Part shown: positions 46,101 through 54,720 of the stretch, piece after piece
Numbering within the stretch: position 1 is the first letter of the stretch
Layout: each line of letters begins with the position of its first letter
Source of the DNA: an uncultured Verrucomicrobiae bacterium
Lineage (GTDB): Bacteria; Verrucomicrobiota; Verrucomicrobiia; Chthoniobacterales; Chthoniobacteraceae
Length of the DNA: 64,000 nucleotides
Direction: 5' to 3'
Assembly: GCA_963769025.1 (NCBI GenBank)
Contig: CAVYKI010000012.1
Location: 1-64,000, forward strand
Notes under the pieces: model-generated
Database searches by the model: none
Told to the model about the DNA's origin: nothing
The model's input: the letters and a program-made list of their open reading frames with translations, nothing else
Made by a program: the position numbers and the translations under genes

Positions 46101-46551
46101 CGTCCTTCGTCGCATTCAGCAGCGCCGTCGTCTTTGCCTCCGCGAGCGCGAGATCCGTCCCGAGCGAAATCTGCGACCAGCCCTCCTTCAGCGCCTCGAA
46201 GTTCACCTTCGCCTTTATCTCCGCAAGATCGCCCTCCACTTTCCCCGAGTAAGTCGCGCCCGCCACCACGCCATCCACCGGCGGCTCCGTCTTCTTCAGC
46301 TTGTCCGGCAAATTCACCTTGTTCCACATCTCAAGGAATTCGCGGTACGGCAAAAACACGCCCTGCTCCTGTCCGGCGAAAACTTCCTCCAGCTTCTCGA
46401 ACGGCACAAAAATCGTCTGCTCCTTCGTGATGACCTTCGGCGGCTGCACGGGCGCAATTGGTGGCGCAGGCGGCACCGGCGGCGGCTCCTGTGCGGACGC
46501 GATCACGAGCAGCGCCGGAAACAACAGCGCGAGGAGACGGAGGATTTTCAT
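43157..46551 (-). CDS. Giant exported protein A (~1130 aa), unknown function; frameshifts near 45110-45155 and 44660
   Basis: Signal MKILRLLALLFPALLVIASA. Joins ORFs 44656-46551, 44652-45155 and 43157-44668; three C-terminal TM segments and a charged tail. Confidence 0.8.
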
Positions 46552-46987
46552 GCGGAGGGAATCTTGCCGAAAGTGCTCCGGCGATTGTCAGGTTTTGGAG
46601 CGGCGGTTGTAAAAGAATTGTCAGTCCGCGGCGAGACATTCCATCCGCGGGCGTCATCCGCGGAATGAGGACCACGCACCGCGTTACGCACCACGCCCAT
46701 GCGCACCGCACCCGGCTGGGCCAGGCGCCGGACGTTTCCCCAAACGCCCGGCGCCCTCCCCGCCTTTCGCGGGATGCCCCCTTGTTGACGGATCGTGAGA
46801 ACGCTCCCTCACCTCCCGGATACCGCGTTTCGCGCCGTTTGTTACCGAGGTTGAGCAAAAATCTTCGTGGACCGGCTCATTTTGAGGTCACTCCGGCTCT
46901 TTTGCCCGGAACAGAGCCCGCGAAGCGGTTCGTCGCCCAAATTCACCTTGCCCGACCCGGCTCCCGCTTTAAGTATCCTCCTCCGAC

Positions 46988-47514
46988 ATGAGCACCACCA
47001 CACCGGCCGCCTACGACTCGAAGATCGAGGGCAACATCATCTTCACCAAGGTCGATGCCGCCATCAACTGGATGCGCAAAAACTCGCTCTGGCCGATGCC
47101 GATGGGCCTCGCCTGCTGCGCCATCGAGCTCATGGCCACCGGCGCGTCGCGCTTCGACATCTCGCGCTTCGGCGCGGAGGTCATGCGCTTTTCGCCGCGG
47201 CAGAGCGACGTGATGATCGTCGCCGGCACCGTCACCTACAAAATGGCGCTCGCCGTGAAACGCATCTGGGACCAGATGCCCGAGCCGAAATGGTGCATCG
47301 CCATGGGCGCCTGCGCGTCAGCAGCGGCGGCATGTATCGCAGCTACGCCGTGCTCCAGGGCATCGACCAGCTCATCCCCGTGGACGTCTATATCTCCGGC
47401 TGCCCGCCGCGCCCCGAGGCGCTCATCGAGGGCCTGATCCGCCTCCAGCGGAAGATCGACGGCGAGAAGTCCTTCCTCGCGCAGAAGCCGGAGCTGGTCG
47501 CCGCCTTGAGTTAA
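46988..47514 (+). CDS. nuoB: NADH-quinone oxidoreductase subunit B; frameshift near 47320
   Basis: [49 protein letters not shown]. Confidence 0.95.
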
Positions 47515-47528
47515 GAAGATTTTGAATC

Positions 47529-47593
47529 AGGAAGGCATGAAGGCAGGAAAAGAGCATGTGAAAATGTGGGTTTTCCTGCCTTCCTGCCTTCCT
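47529..47593. repeat. Intergenic inverted repeat (23-bp arms built from GGAAGGCA units)
   Basis: AGGAAGGCATGAAGGCAGGAAAA (47529-47551) and TTTTCCTGCCTTCCTGCCTTCCT (47571-47593), 1 mismatch. Confidence 0.75.
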
Positions 47594-47640
47594 AAGTTTC
47601 TTCACCCCACGATCTGCAACTGAGCACTCACCTTTTCAAA

Positions 47641-48231
47641 ATGGCCATCAATCTCGAAGTCCCCGCATCCACCAAGAAGGACGCCGCCGCGCTCGCCGCG
47701 AAATTCACCATCGTCTCGCAAAAGGAATTCCGCGGCGAACTCACGCTCACCGTGAACCGCGCGCAGTTCCACGACATCGCCGCATTCCTCCGCGACCAGC
47801 TCGGCTACACGTATCTCATCGATGTCAGCAGCGTGGATCACTTCGGCCAGGAGCCGCGCTACGAGGTCGTCTATGAGCTGCAGAACTTCGAGCGCGCCGA
47901 CCACCTCCGCGTGAAATACACCGTGAGCGAGGACGACGCCACCGCGCCCACCGTCACCGACCTCTGGGCCACCGCCGACTGGCACGAGCGCGAAGTGTAC
48001 GACATGATGGGCATCCGCTTCACCGGCCATCCCGACCTGCGCCGCATCCTCATGTGGGAAGGCTACCCGTTCTTCCCGCTGCGAAAGGACTTCCCGCTCG
48101 CCGGCAAGGACAGCGACACGCCCGACGTGGCCTTCTCGCGCGCCGCCCCGCTCGCTGGCGGCCCCTTCGTCACATCGCCCACCGGCGGCGACACGCAGGA
48201 CCGCGAACCGCGCTCGCGCGAGATGGAGTGA
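47641..48231 (+). CDS. nuoC: NADH-quinone oxidoreductase subunit C
   Basis: ADWHEREVYDMMGIRFTGHPDLRRILMWEGY..FPLRKDFPL. Confidence 0.95.
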   Translation: MAINLEVPASTKKDAAALAAKFTIVSQKEFRGELTLTVNRAQFHDIAAFLRDQLGYTYLIDVSSVDHFGQEPRYEVVYELQNFERADHLRVKYTVSEDDATAPTVTDLWATADWHEREVYDMMGIRFTGHPDLRRILMWEGYPFFPLRKDFPLAGKDSDTPDVAFSRAAPLAGGPFVTSPTGGDTQDREPRSREME

Positions 48232-49031
48232 ATGTAGAACCTGATCTTCAGGACACATCATCCGGGACTGGCCGACCCGGACAGTGGTGGATCGCTTCAC
48301 TGGTGGCGCTCGTGGTATTTGCCAGCTTGGGTTTCGTTATTGGCGTCACGCAACGGGACTGGATGGCCTTCTATGTTTATTCGGTATACGGCTTTTTTAC
48401 CGGAGCGTCGTTGTGCGTGATTTTTGCGATCATTTCGTTCGCGAGAAATGAAACGCATCGCGTGTGGGCCGCCATCCCCGCACTTGTCATGGTGTTTTGG
48501 GGCCTGTCCAAGCTCACCCAACAATGGCAGTCCGCCCGAGATTTTAAGTCGTACCGCGCATACATTGAGCAACTCAAGGCCGACCCCGAGATCGCCCTGC
48601 GGGAACACTGGCCCTCGAACCGGGCCACAGTGCAATCAAGGGCATTCTTCGATGCCGTCTGGGCGCCGTATGTGGAATTCTCCGCAAGCCAAGTGGAGCG
48701 AATCTACGCGGAAATGCCCGAGTTTCGCGAGGTGGTATTCAATCAAGTTTCCTGCACACCCGGATTTATCCGCGCCCATTTCGATGAAGCCCCCGATTTA
48801 GCGCGCAAGAAATCCCCACACATGCTGGAGAAAATAGTCCACAACCGGAATACTCCGATTGAACTGCTGCAGCGGGTCATTTTTTATCGGAAACAGCTAC
48901 CATTCGAACCGCCTCATCAGGCCGAGCGCATTTCGTCGCATCCCGTGCTCGGCTACGGGATGTCGCCCGAGCAGGCATTCGGCGTGTTGCGGAAGTTGCT
49001 CGCGGTTCCGACGCATCGTTTCGTTGGTTGA
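48228..49031 (+). CDS. Hypothetical membrane protein (3 TM + soluble domain), visibly lower GC
   Basis: GTG overlaps the nuoC stop (GTGA); three N-terminal hydrophobic segments. Confidence 0.6.
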   Translation: MNVEPDLQDTSSGTGRPGQWWIASLVALVVFASLGFVIGVTQRDWMAFYVYSVYGFFTGASLCVIFAIISFARNETHRVWAAIPALVMVFWGLSKLTQQWQSARDFKSYRAYIEQLKADPEIALREHWPSNRATVQSRAFFDAVWAPYVEFSASQVERIYAEMPEFREVVFNQVSCTPGFIRAHFDEAPDLARKKSPHMLEKIVHNRNTPIELLQRVIFYRKQLPFEPPHQAERISSHPVLGYGMSPEQAFGVLRKLLAVPTHRFVG

Positions 49032-49426
49032 TTTGAGCTGTGAAGGCCGCGTGCCGCTCACCGGACGCATCCCGGGTGCAAACAATGTCACCGGTCACTA
49101 CCTCGCCGCACGGGCCCGCCAGCATGGGCTGAGCTTTGATGAGCCATTGACCCGCACGTTTCCCGACGGACCGGGATTGATGGAACTGGTGACTCAGCGA
49201 GAACAGGGGGAGCACTGTAGCCTGACCCTTGTTCCTTGACGTTTTGATCGCGCATCGCCATCCGGTGCAGAGCGGATGCGGAAATGAACTCTTGCTTAAA
49301 TACCGATGCGAACGACTGTTCGCGCCCCTCGGCTGGCCGTGATGGTCGGTCGAGGCAGCCCACAAGGGCAATTTTAACCCGGCGAAGGTCCCGAAACCCG
49401 CCAATTCAAACGCAAAAATCCAATCC

Positions 49427-49648
49427 ATGCCTGTTCAAGATGATGTCATCGTAATCGAGGGAAAAATCACGTCGGTCCTTGCCGGAACCATGTTTCGTGT
49501 CGAGCTAGCCAACAAGCACCTCGTGCTCGCACACATCTCTGGCAAGATGCGCAAGCGGTTCATCCGCCTCGCAATGGGAGACCGCGTGAAAATGGAGATG
49601 TCGCCCTACGATCTCTCGAAGGCGCGCATCGTTTATCGTCTCGGGTAA
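49427..49648 (+). CDS. infA: Translation initiation factor IF-1
   Basis: [28 protein letters not shown]...[20 protein letters not shown]. Confidence 0.97.
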   Translation: MPVQDDVIVIEGKITSVLAGTMFRVELANKHLVLAHISGKMRKRFIRLAMGDRVKMEMSPYDLSKARIVYRLG

Positions 49649-49697
49649 GGCAATGCACATCCGTGGAGGCGCAGCAGGAAGGCTGAAGCCGTGATTT

Positions 49698-49905
49698 TTC
49701 CGGGGGCTGGTTCCCCGGGTCCAAGAAGACATCCGCAATCGAAACGCCGATACCGGACGCATCGTCCGCACCCTCAAGGAGGACCTCATCTGCCCCCGCG
49801 ACCGGTTCAGCTTCCATGAACTCCGCGCGGCCCTCGCCCGCTGGTTCCGCTACTGCAGCCACAACTTCCGCCGTATCTCACCCCTCCTCATCCGCCTCTC
49901 CTTGA
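49698..49905 (+). pseudogene. Degenerate IS3/IS481-like transposase fragment (integrase core C-terminus)
   Basis: Hand translation NADTGRIVRTLKEDLICPRDRFSFHELRAALARWFRYC resembles the rve_3 pattern NAxxERxxRTLKEE...L..W...YN. No start codon or element ends. Confidence 0.45.
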
Positions 49906-49944
49906 TTTTTCCTCGCCTTAGCCGGGGGCGGCCACGGCTCGGGC

Positions 49945-51603
49945 TCACGACACCATCCGGCCGAGGCACTCGATGAGGTAGGGGAGGAGCTGTTTTTTAC
50001 GCGAGACGATGCCGTCGAGCTGCCAGATGAAGGACGGGTGAATGACGGGCGATGGGATGGTGGAGAGGAAACGCTGGTCGCCGCGCACGAGGAGGAGGCT
50101 GCTGTGCGTGGTGATGTCCGTGACGAGGAGCGCGGCGAAGAGCAGGCCCTCGCGCTTTTGCCGGGCCTCGAGCGCGGCGAGGAGGGCGTCGCGCTTTTCG
50201 TGGAAGTGGACGAAGGTGAGTTCCTCGACCTGAGCGACCACGAAGCGGTGGCCGTTCTCGGTGTAAGGTTTTGAATCGGCGTTGATGGCCTCCTCGGCGG
50301 AGAGCGTGAGCAGCGGGCTGCCGACGCTGAAGAGTTCCTTCGCGTAAATATCCGGGTCCACTTCGGCGGCCTTCGCGAGTTCGTCGCGGATTTTCCGGTC
50401 GGTCGGAGTCGTCGTCGGTGAAGTCAGGTTCAGCGTGTCGCTGATGAGCCCGGAGAGCAGCACGCCCGCGATTTTCCACGGGACGGGGATGCCGGCATAC
50501 TGGAAGCAGAGCGCGACGATGGTGCTCGTGCTGCCGACGGGGTTGTTCCAGAAATGCACGGGCACGCGGCTCGTGAAGCCGCCGAGGCGGTGGTGGTCGT
50601 AAATTTCCACGATGGGGACCTGCTCCGCGCCGGCGACGGCCTGGTCGAGCTCGTTGTGATCGACCAGGATGAGCTGGCGCGGAATTTCCTTGATGAAATC
50701 GGACTTCGAGAGGATGCCGCAGAGCTTGCCGTGGTCGTCCACGACCGGGAAGACGAACGCGCTGCTGTCCGCGGCCGTGCGGCGCGCCTCGGCGAGCCGG
50801 GTGTCGCGGCGGTAGGAAAGGAAATTCGTCTCGACCATCCGGCCGGCACGCACGGCACCGCGGCTCATGAGCACGGTGGTCGCGGTGTCGGTCGGCGAGG
50901 AAAGCAGCGTCACTCCCGCGGCGCGCGCGGCGATTTCCACCTCGGGCTCGACGGCGTGCGCGCCGGTGACGACGATCGCGTGCGCGCGAAGCTCGATGGC
51001 GAGCTGCTGGATGTGCGGACGGTCGCCGACGAAGACGACGACCTTGCGGCCCTCCTCGGCGTAGCTTTTCAGACGCGGGCCGAAGCTGTCCTGCCGCATC
51101 GCGCCGACGAGCAGGAAAAGCTCCTCTTCCACGGTGGAAAGTTCGCCGCAGATGAGCTGTCCGCCGACGGTGCGCGCGATGTCCGCAAGCGACGCGGTGA
51201 CGATGCGCGCCGCGCCCGCCCCTTCGCGTGGCGGGAAAAGGTGGTGCATGATCTTGTAGGCGTTCAGCAGGCCCATGCAGCGATGGCGGTTGTCCACGAC
51301 CGGCAGGCCGCGGAGCTGGCGACGGTCGATGAGCTGGATGGCGTCGTAAATCGGCGTGTCCACATGCACGCTCACCACGTTTGGCTGCATCACGTCATTC
51401 ACGCGCGGGCTCAGGTCGCTGAGCAGCATGGGCGCCTCGGTGCCAAAGCGCTGCAGTGCAAAATCGATCCGCGGATTGGTCGGCCCGCAGCGCGCGGCGA
51501 TCACGTCGAGCCAGCCGCTCAGGCGCTTGAGTTCCGCGCAGCCGATGGCCGAGCAGATGGAATCCATGTCGGGATTCTTATGGCCGATGACGATGGTTTG
51601 CAC
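49945..51603 (-). CDS. ppaC: Mn-dependent inorganic pyrophosphatase, family II, with CBS-DRTGG insert
   Basis: VIGHKNPDMDSICSA, CBS pair and DRTGG (VGDR), LVDHNE, DHH, GSTSTI, SDTL..SPTTT, SRKKQLLP. GTG start at 51603. Confidence 0.92.
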   Translation of the reverse strand: MQTIVIGHKNPDMDSICSAIGCAELKRLSGWLDVIAARCGPTNPRIDFALQRFGTEAPMLLSDLSPRVNDVMQPNVVSVHVDTPIYDAIQLIDRRQLRGLPVVDNRHRCMGLLNAYKIMHHLFPPREGAGAARIVTASLADIARTVGGQLICGELSTVEEELFLLVGAMRQDSFGPRLKSYAEEGRKVVVFVGDRPHIQQLAIELRAHAIVVTGAHAVEPEVEIAARAAGVTLLSSPTDTATTVLMSRGAVRAGRMVETNFLSYRRDTRLAEARRTAADSSAFVFPVVDDHGKLCGILSKSDFIKEIPRQLILVDHNELDQAVAGAEQVPIVEIYDHHRLGGFTSRVPVHFWNNPVGSTSTIVALCFQYAGIPVPWKIAGVLLSGLISDTLNLTSPTTTPTDRKIRDELAKAAEVDPDIYAKELFSVGSPLLTLSAEEAINADSKPYTENGHRFVVAQVEELTFVHFHEKRDALLAALEARQKREGLLFAALLVTDITTHSSLLLVRGDQRFLSTIPSPVIHPSFIWQLDGIVSRKKQLLPYLIECLGRMVS

Positions 51604-51692
51604 GGCGCGGAGGAAAGCTGCGACCGTGCCAGCGGGGAAGGACAAACCGCGCAGGACCGGTCCGATCTGCCCGCCGAGCAGAGCAGATCGAC

Positions 51693-52247
51693 CTACGCGA
51701 CCTTGCGCCGGGAGGCCTTCGCTTTCGAGGCGTAGCCCTTCGGCGTTTTGGCTTTCGCTTTCACCGCGTGGGAGGCGTGTTTCACCACCGACTTGCCGGC
51801 GCTTCCCTCCTTCTTCGCGGGCTTCGTGGCTCCCGCCGGGAACTCGTCGATTTTCACGATGGTCGCCGGGCGGCTGACGTAGAAGGACACCTGCGATTCG
51901 ACCGGCTGCGTGGGAAGCCACACGGGGGTCGAGAGCCGCTCGGACATGATCCACCATGGATTCGCCGGCGTGCAGCAGTCGCGATAGATGACGGCCGTCT
52001 CCTCGCCTTCGGGGTTGAGGCGGAGCCGCGAGCGGTAGCGGAATTTGAAAGTGACGACCTTGTGCTCGACGTTGGCATCCTGCAGCGCCTTGTGCAGATT
52101 TCCGGCGTAGGCCACATCCGGGTTTTGCACGCCGGGGCCGATGCGCGGCACGGCCCGGACCGTTTGCCAATTGCGTGAGGGCTGCGGAGTCCCGCAGCCT
52201 GCGAGGAAGATGGCGGCCGCGGTGGAGAGGAGGACGAACTTTTGCAT
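51693..52247 (-). CDS. Hypothetical lipoprotein
   Basis: Lipobox FLAG|C after a short signal; Lys/Ala-rich tail. Confidence 0.7.
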   Translation of the reverse strand: MQKFVLLSTAAAIFLAGCGTPQPSRNWQTVRAVPRIGPGVQNPDVAYAGNLHKALQDANVEHKVVTFKFRYRSRLRLNPEGEETAVIYRDCCTPANPWWIMSERLSTPVWLPTQPVESQVSFYVSRPATIVKIDEFPAGATKPAKKEGSAGKSVVKHASHAVKAKAKTPKGYASKAKASRRKVA

Positions 52248-52302
52248 CGAAGTGGTGGAATGATGTCGCGGCGAGTGGGCAAGGCTGCCGCGCTCCCGCC
52301 AC

Positions 52303-53697
52303 TCAGGCCAGGTCGAGGCGGTTTTTCAATGCCCAAGTGTGCGCCTTGAGCGTGAGCTCGAACATGTTGAACGGCTTTCCGAGCAGGTCGCTCGCGCCTT
52401 TGAGCATGCCGCGCTCGCGGTTGTTTGCGGAATCGTCGCCGGTGACGAAGAGGATGGGCGTCCGGTCGTGCTTCGGCAGGGCGTGGATGCGGGCGCACAT
52501 GTCGAGCCCGCTCATGTCGGGCAGGCCGATGTCGAGCAGGATGACGTCGAAGGGATGTTCTTGGAGCAAGTCGAGCGCGGTGCGGGCGTCGGCGCAGCCG
52601 GTCGTGACGAGGTTCGCCGATTCGAGCGTGGCGACGATGATGGGGAGCAAATCAACGTCGTCGTCCACGGCGATGACGCGGGACTGCGGGAGCTTTTCCG
52701 CGCGGGAGAGGACATCGTGCGCGAGCAGCCGGGTGAGGAATTCGAACGTGTGCGCCGACGTCTGCACGGTGCGCTGGCTCACGGGACCGGAATGCTGAGC
52801 GGCGTCCTGGAGGAGCGCGTCGAGATGCGCGGTGACGGTCGCGACCGGGTGCTGGCCGAGGATCGCAGCGAGCTGGCACATCTCCTTCACACGCGAAATG
52901 ACCTCGGCGAATGTGTTCCGGTCCGAAGGGTGCAAGGCGAGGGTCGCCGCCTGGTCGCGGAGGATCGCGTTGATGTTGGCGACTTCGTAAAACGGTGAAT
53001 CGAGCGGCGGCGCAGGCAGCACCGCGAGCGGCGAATGGCCAATGCCCCCCTCCCCCGTGGGCGCCATGAACACGCTCTGCACGAAGCTTCCGCCGGAATT
53101 CCCGCCCGCGACGCGGCGCGCGACGTGCACCGTGGCGCCGCGCCCGGTGAGCACGCGGAGTTCGTGCAGTTCCTCGGCCAGCGCCTTGTTTTCCACCATC
53201 AGGGCGTCGCGCTGGGACACGAGTTCCTTCACCTGCTCGCGGAAGGCGCTCAGCTCGGATGTCGCGCCGCGCGTCATCAGCTTCACGTTGCCCAAAATGT
53301 CAATTTGGTTCTTCTGCTCGATGACCTTGGCGATCAGCTCGTCGTTCTGGCGGCGGAGCACGCCGACGTTCTTTCGCAGCGCGTCAGTTTCGTCCGGGAG
53401 GGCTTCCACATTGTCCGGCAGAAAGTCGCACTCCACCGTCCCGAGCACGAGCCGGCAGGCCTGTTCGAGGGCCGCCTCGATGAACATGACGCCGCCGATG
53501 TACGAGTGGTTCGTCGATTCGAGGTCGCGCATGACGTAGTGGCCGCCGACCTGGACGAGCTCCGCGTGATGGCCTGAAACCGTCGTGTGCCGGATCTGGA
53601 TGGTGTTGTCCGAATGCCGCCCGACGGTGATCCGTTCACCGCTGAGGGTGAAAGTCAGATCCCCTTCGTCGGGATGTCTTACGAGTAATTTGGGCAT
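52303..53697 (-). CDS. FHA + coiled-coil + Hpt-like + response regulator receiver protein
   Basis: FHA (TVGR...VSGHHA...DLESTN) and C-terminal REC (VDDD...LLDIGLPDMSG...VTG...GKP). Confidence 0.85.
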   Translation of the reverse strand: MPKLLVRHPDEGDLTFTLSGERITVGRHSDNTIQIRHTTVSGHHAELVQVGGHYVMRDLESTNHSYIGGVMFIEAALEQACRLVLGTVECDFLPDNVEALPDETDALRKNVGVLRRQNDELIAKVIEQKNQIDILGNVKLMTRGATSELSAFREQVKELVSQRDALMVENKALAEELHELRVLTGRGATVHVARRVAGGNSGGSFVQSVFMAPTGEGGIGHSPLAVLPAPPLDSPFYEVANINAILRDQAATLALHPSDRNTFAEVISRVKEMCQLAAILGQHPVATVTAHLDALLQDAAQHSGPVSQRTVQTSAHTFEFLTRLLAHDVLSRAEKLPQSRVIAVDDDVDLLPIIVATLESANLVTTGCADARTALDLLQEHPFDVILLDIGLPDMSGLDMCARIHALPKHDRTPILFVTGDDSANNRERGMLKGASDLLGKPFNMFELTLKAHTWALKNRLDLA

Positions 53698-53830
53698 GTG
53701 CTCGGCGCGGGTGCGTTGATTTCTGGAAATTATAGCACATATAATGCCTGCACTGGATTAAGTATCGGCCTTCCCCACCTCCCGAGAGCCCAAGCCGCAA
53801 TTCACCAGCCCCGCGCCGCGAGCGCGCCTA

Positions 53831-54720
53831 GAGCGTGTCATGCACTTTGACGGAAGAGCGAGCCGAGCATGAGGGTAATGAAGGCCAGCCAGTGAAGGCC
53901 GGCAAAAGTTTGGGGCAATCGTTCGTAGTCCTTGGCCAGTCTGCGGAAGCGCGCCATCCAGGCGAAGGAACGTTCCACCACCCAGCGCCTGGGCAGGAGG
54001 ACAAACCCGCGCTTGGCCGTGCTGAGTTTGACCACTTCGAGCTGGATGCCCTGCGCTGCGGCGGCGTCCGCCGCGTCCCGGCCGGTGTAGCCTTGGTCCA
54101 CATACGCCAGCCCGACGCTCTGCCCGGTGGCTTGCTGCACTTCTTTGGCCAGCGCCTCGACTTGCGCGCGCTCCTGCTGGTCGGCGCTGGTCACGCGCAG
54201 CGCCAGCAAATGTCCGAGCGTGTCCACCGCGATATGCACCTTCGAACCCTTGCGCCGCTTGTGCCCGTCATAGCCCGCGCGCGCCCCGCTCTCGGGCGTG
54301 GATTGCACCGTCCGTCCATCAAGGACCACCGCGCTCGGCTCCTCCGCGCGTTCCAGGATCAAGCGCAGGATGCGCCGCAGGTCCGCCGCCATGTCCTCGA
54401 AAATCCCCGCCGCGATCCAACGCAGCGTCTGCTGCTGGATCGCCTGCCAGGGCGGCAGGTCGTGCGGCAGCATCCGCCACGGGCAGCCCGCACGCACCAT
54501 GTAACGCAGCCCGTTGAACACCGTGCGCAATGCATGCTTTCTCTGCGCAGCTTCCTCATTCATCAGCGTCAGGTACGGTGCGCAAAACGCCCACTCCTCG
54601 TCGGTGACGTCGCTCGGATACGTTTTCTTTTGGTCAGTTTTGTGTGCCATCCCGAGCCTGATGCCGGGATGTATTTACAAAGTACAGACCTTTCTTTCAA
54701 CCCAAGTGCATGACACGCTC
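53831..54720 (-). mobile_element. IS5-family insertion sequence, 890 bp, apparently intact
   Basis: Perfect 17-bp TIRs GAGCGTGTCATGCACTT (53831-53847) and AAGTGCATGACACGCTC (54704-54720); TA duplication at 53829-53830 and 54721-54722; single transposase ORF. Confidence 0.95.
53838..54650 (-). CDS. IS5 family transposase
   Basis: YPSDVTDEEW, GCPWRMLP.D.PPW, LDG..V, GYDGHK..KG.K.H.AVDT.G, VDQGY, RWVVERSFAW..RFRRL.KDYE. Confidence 0.96.
   Translation of the reverse strand: MAHKTDQKKTYPSDVTDEEWAFCAPYLTLMNEEAAQRKHALRTVFNGLRYMVRAGCPWRMLPHDLPPWQAIQQQTLRWIAAGIFEDMAADLRRILRLILERAEEPSAVVLDGRTVQSTPESGARAGYDGHKRRKGSKVHIAVDTLGHLLALRVTSADQQERAQVEALAKEVQQATGQSVGLAYVDQGYTGRDAADAAAAQGIQLEVVKLSTAKRGFVLLPRRWVVERSFAWMARFRRLAKDYERLPQTFAGLHWLAFITLMLGSLFRQSA

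Noticed and set aside
49032..49239. Short ORF after the low-GC membrane gene
   Set aside because: No recognisable family or good start; possibly a remnant, but I cannot support a call.
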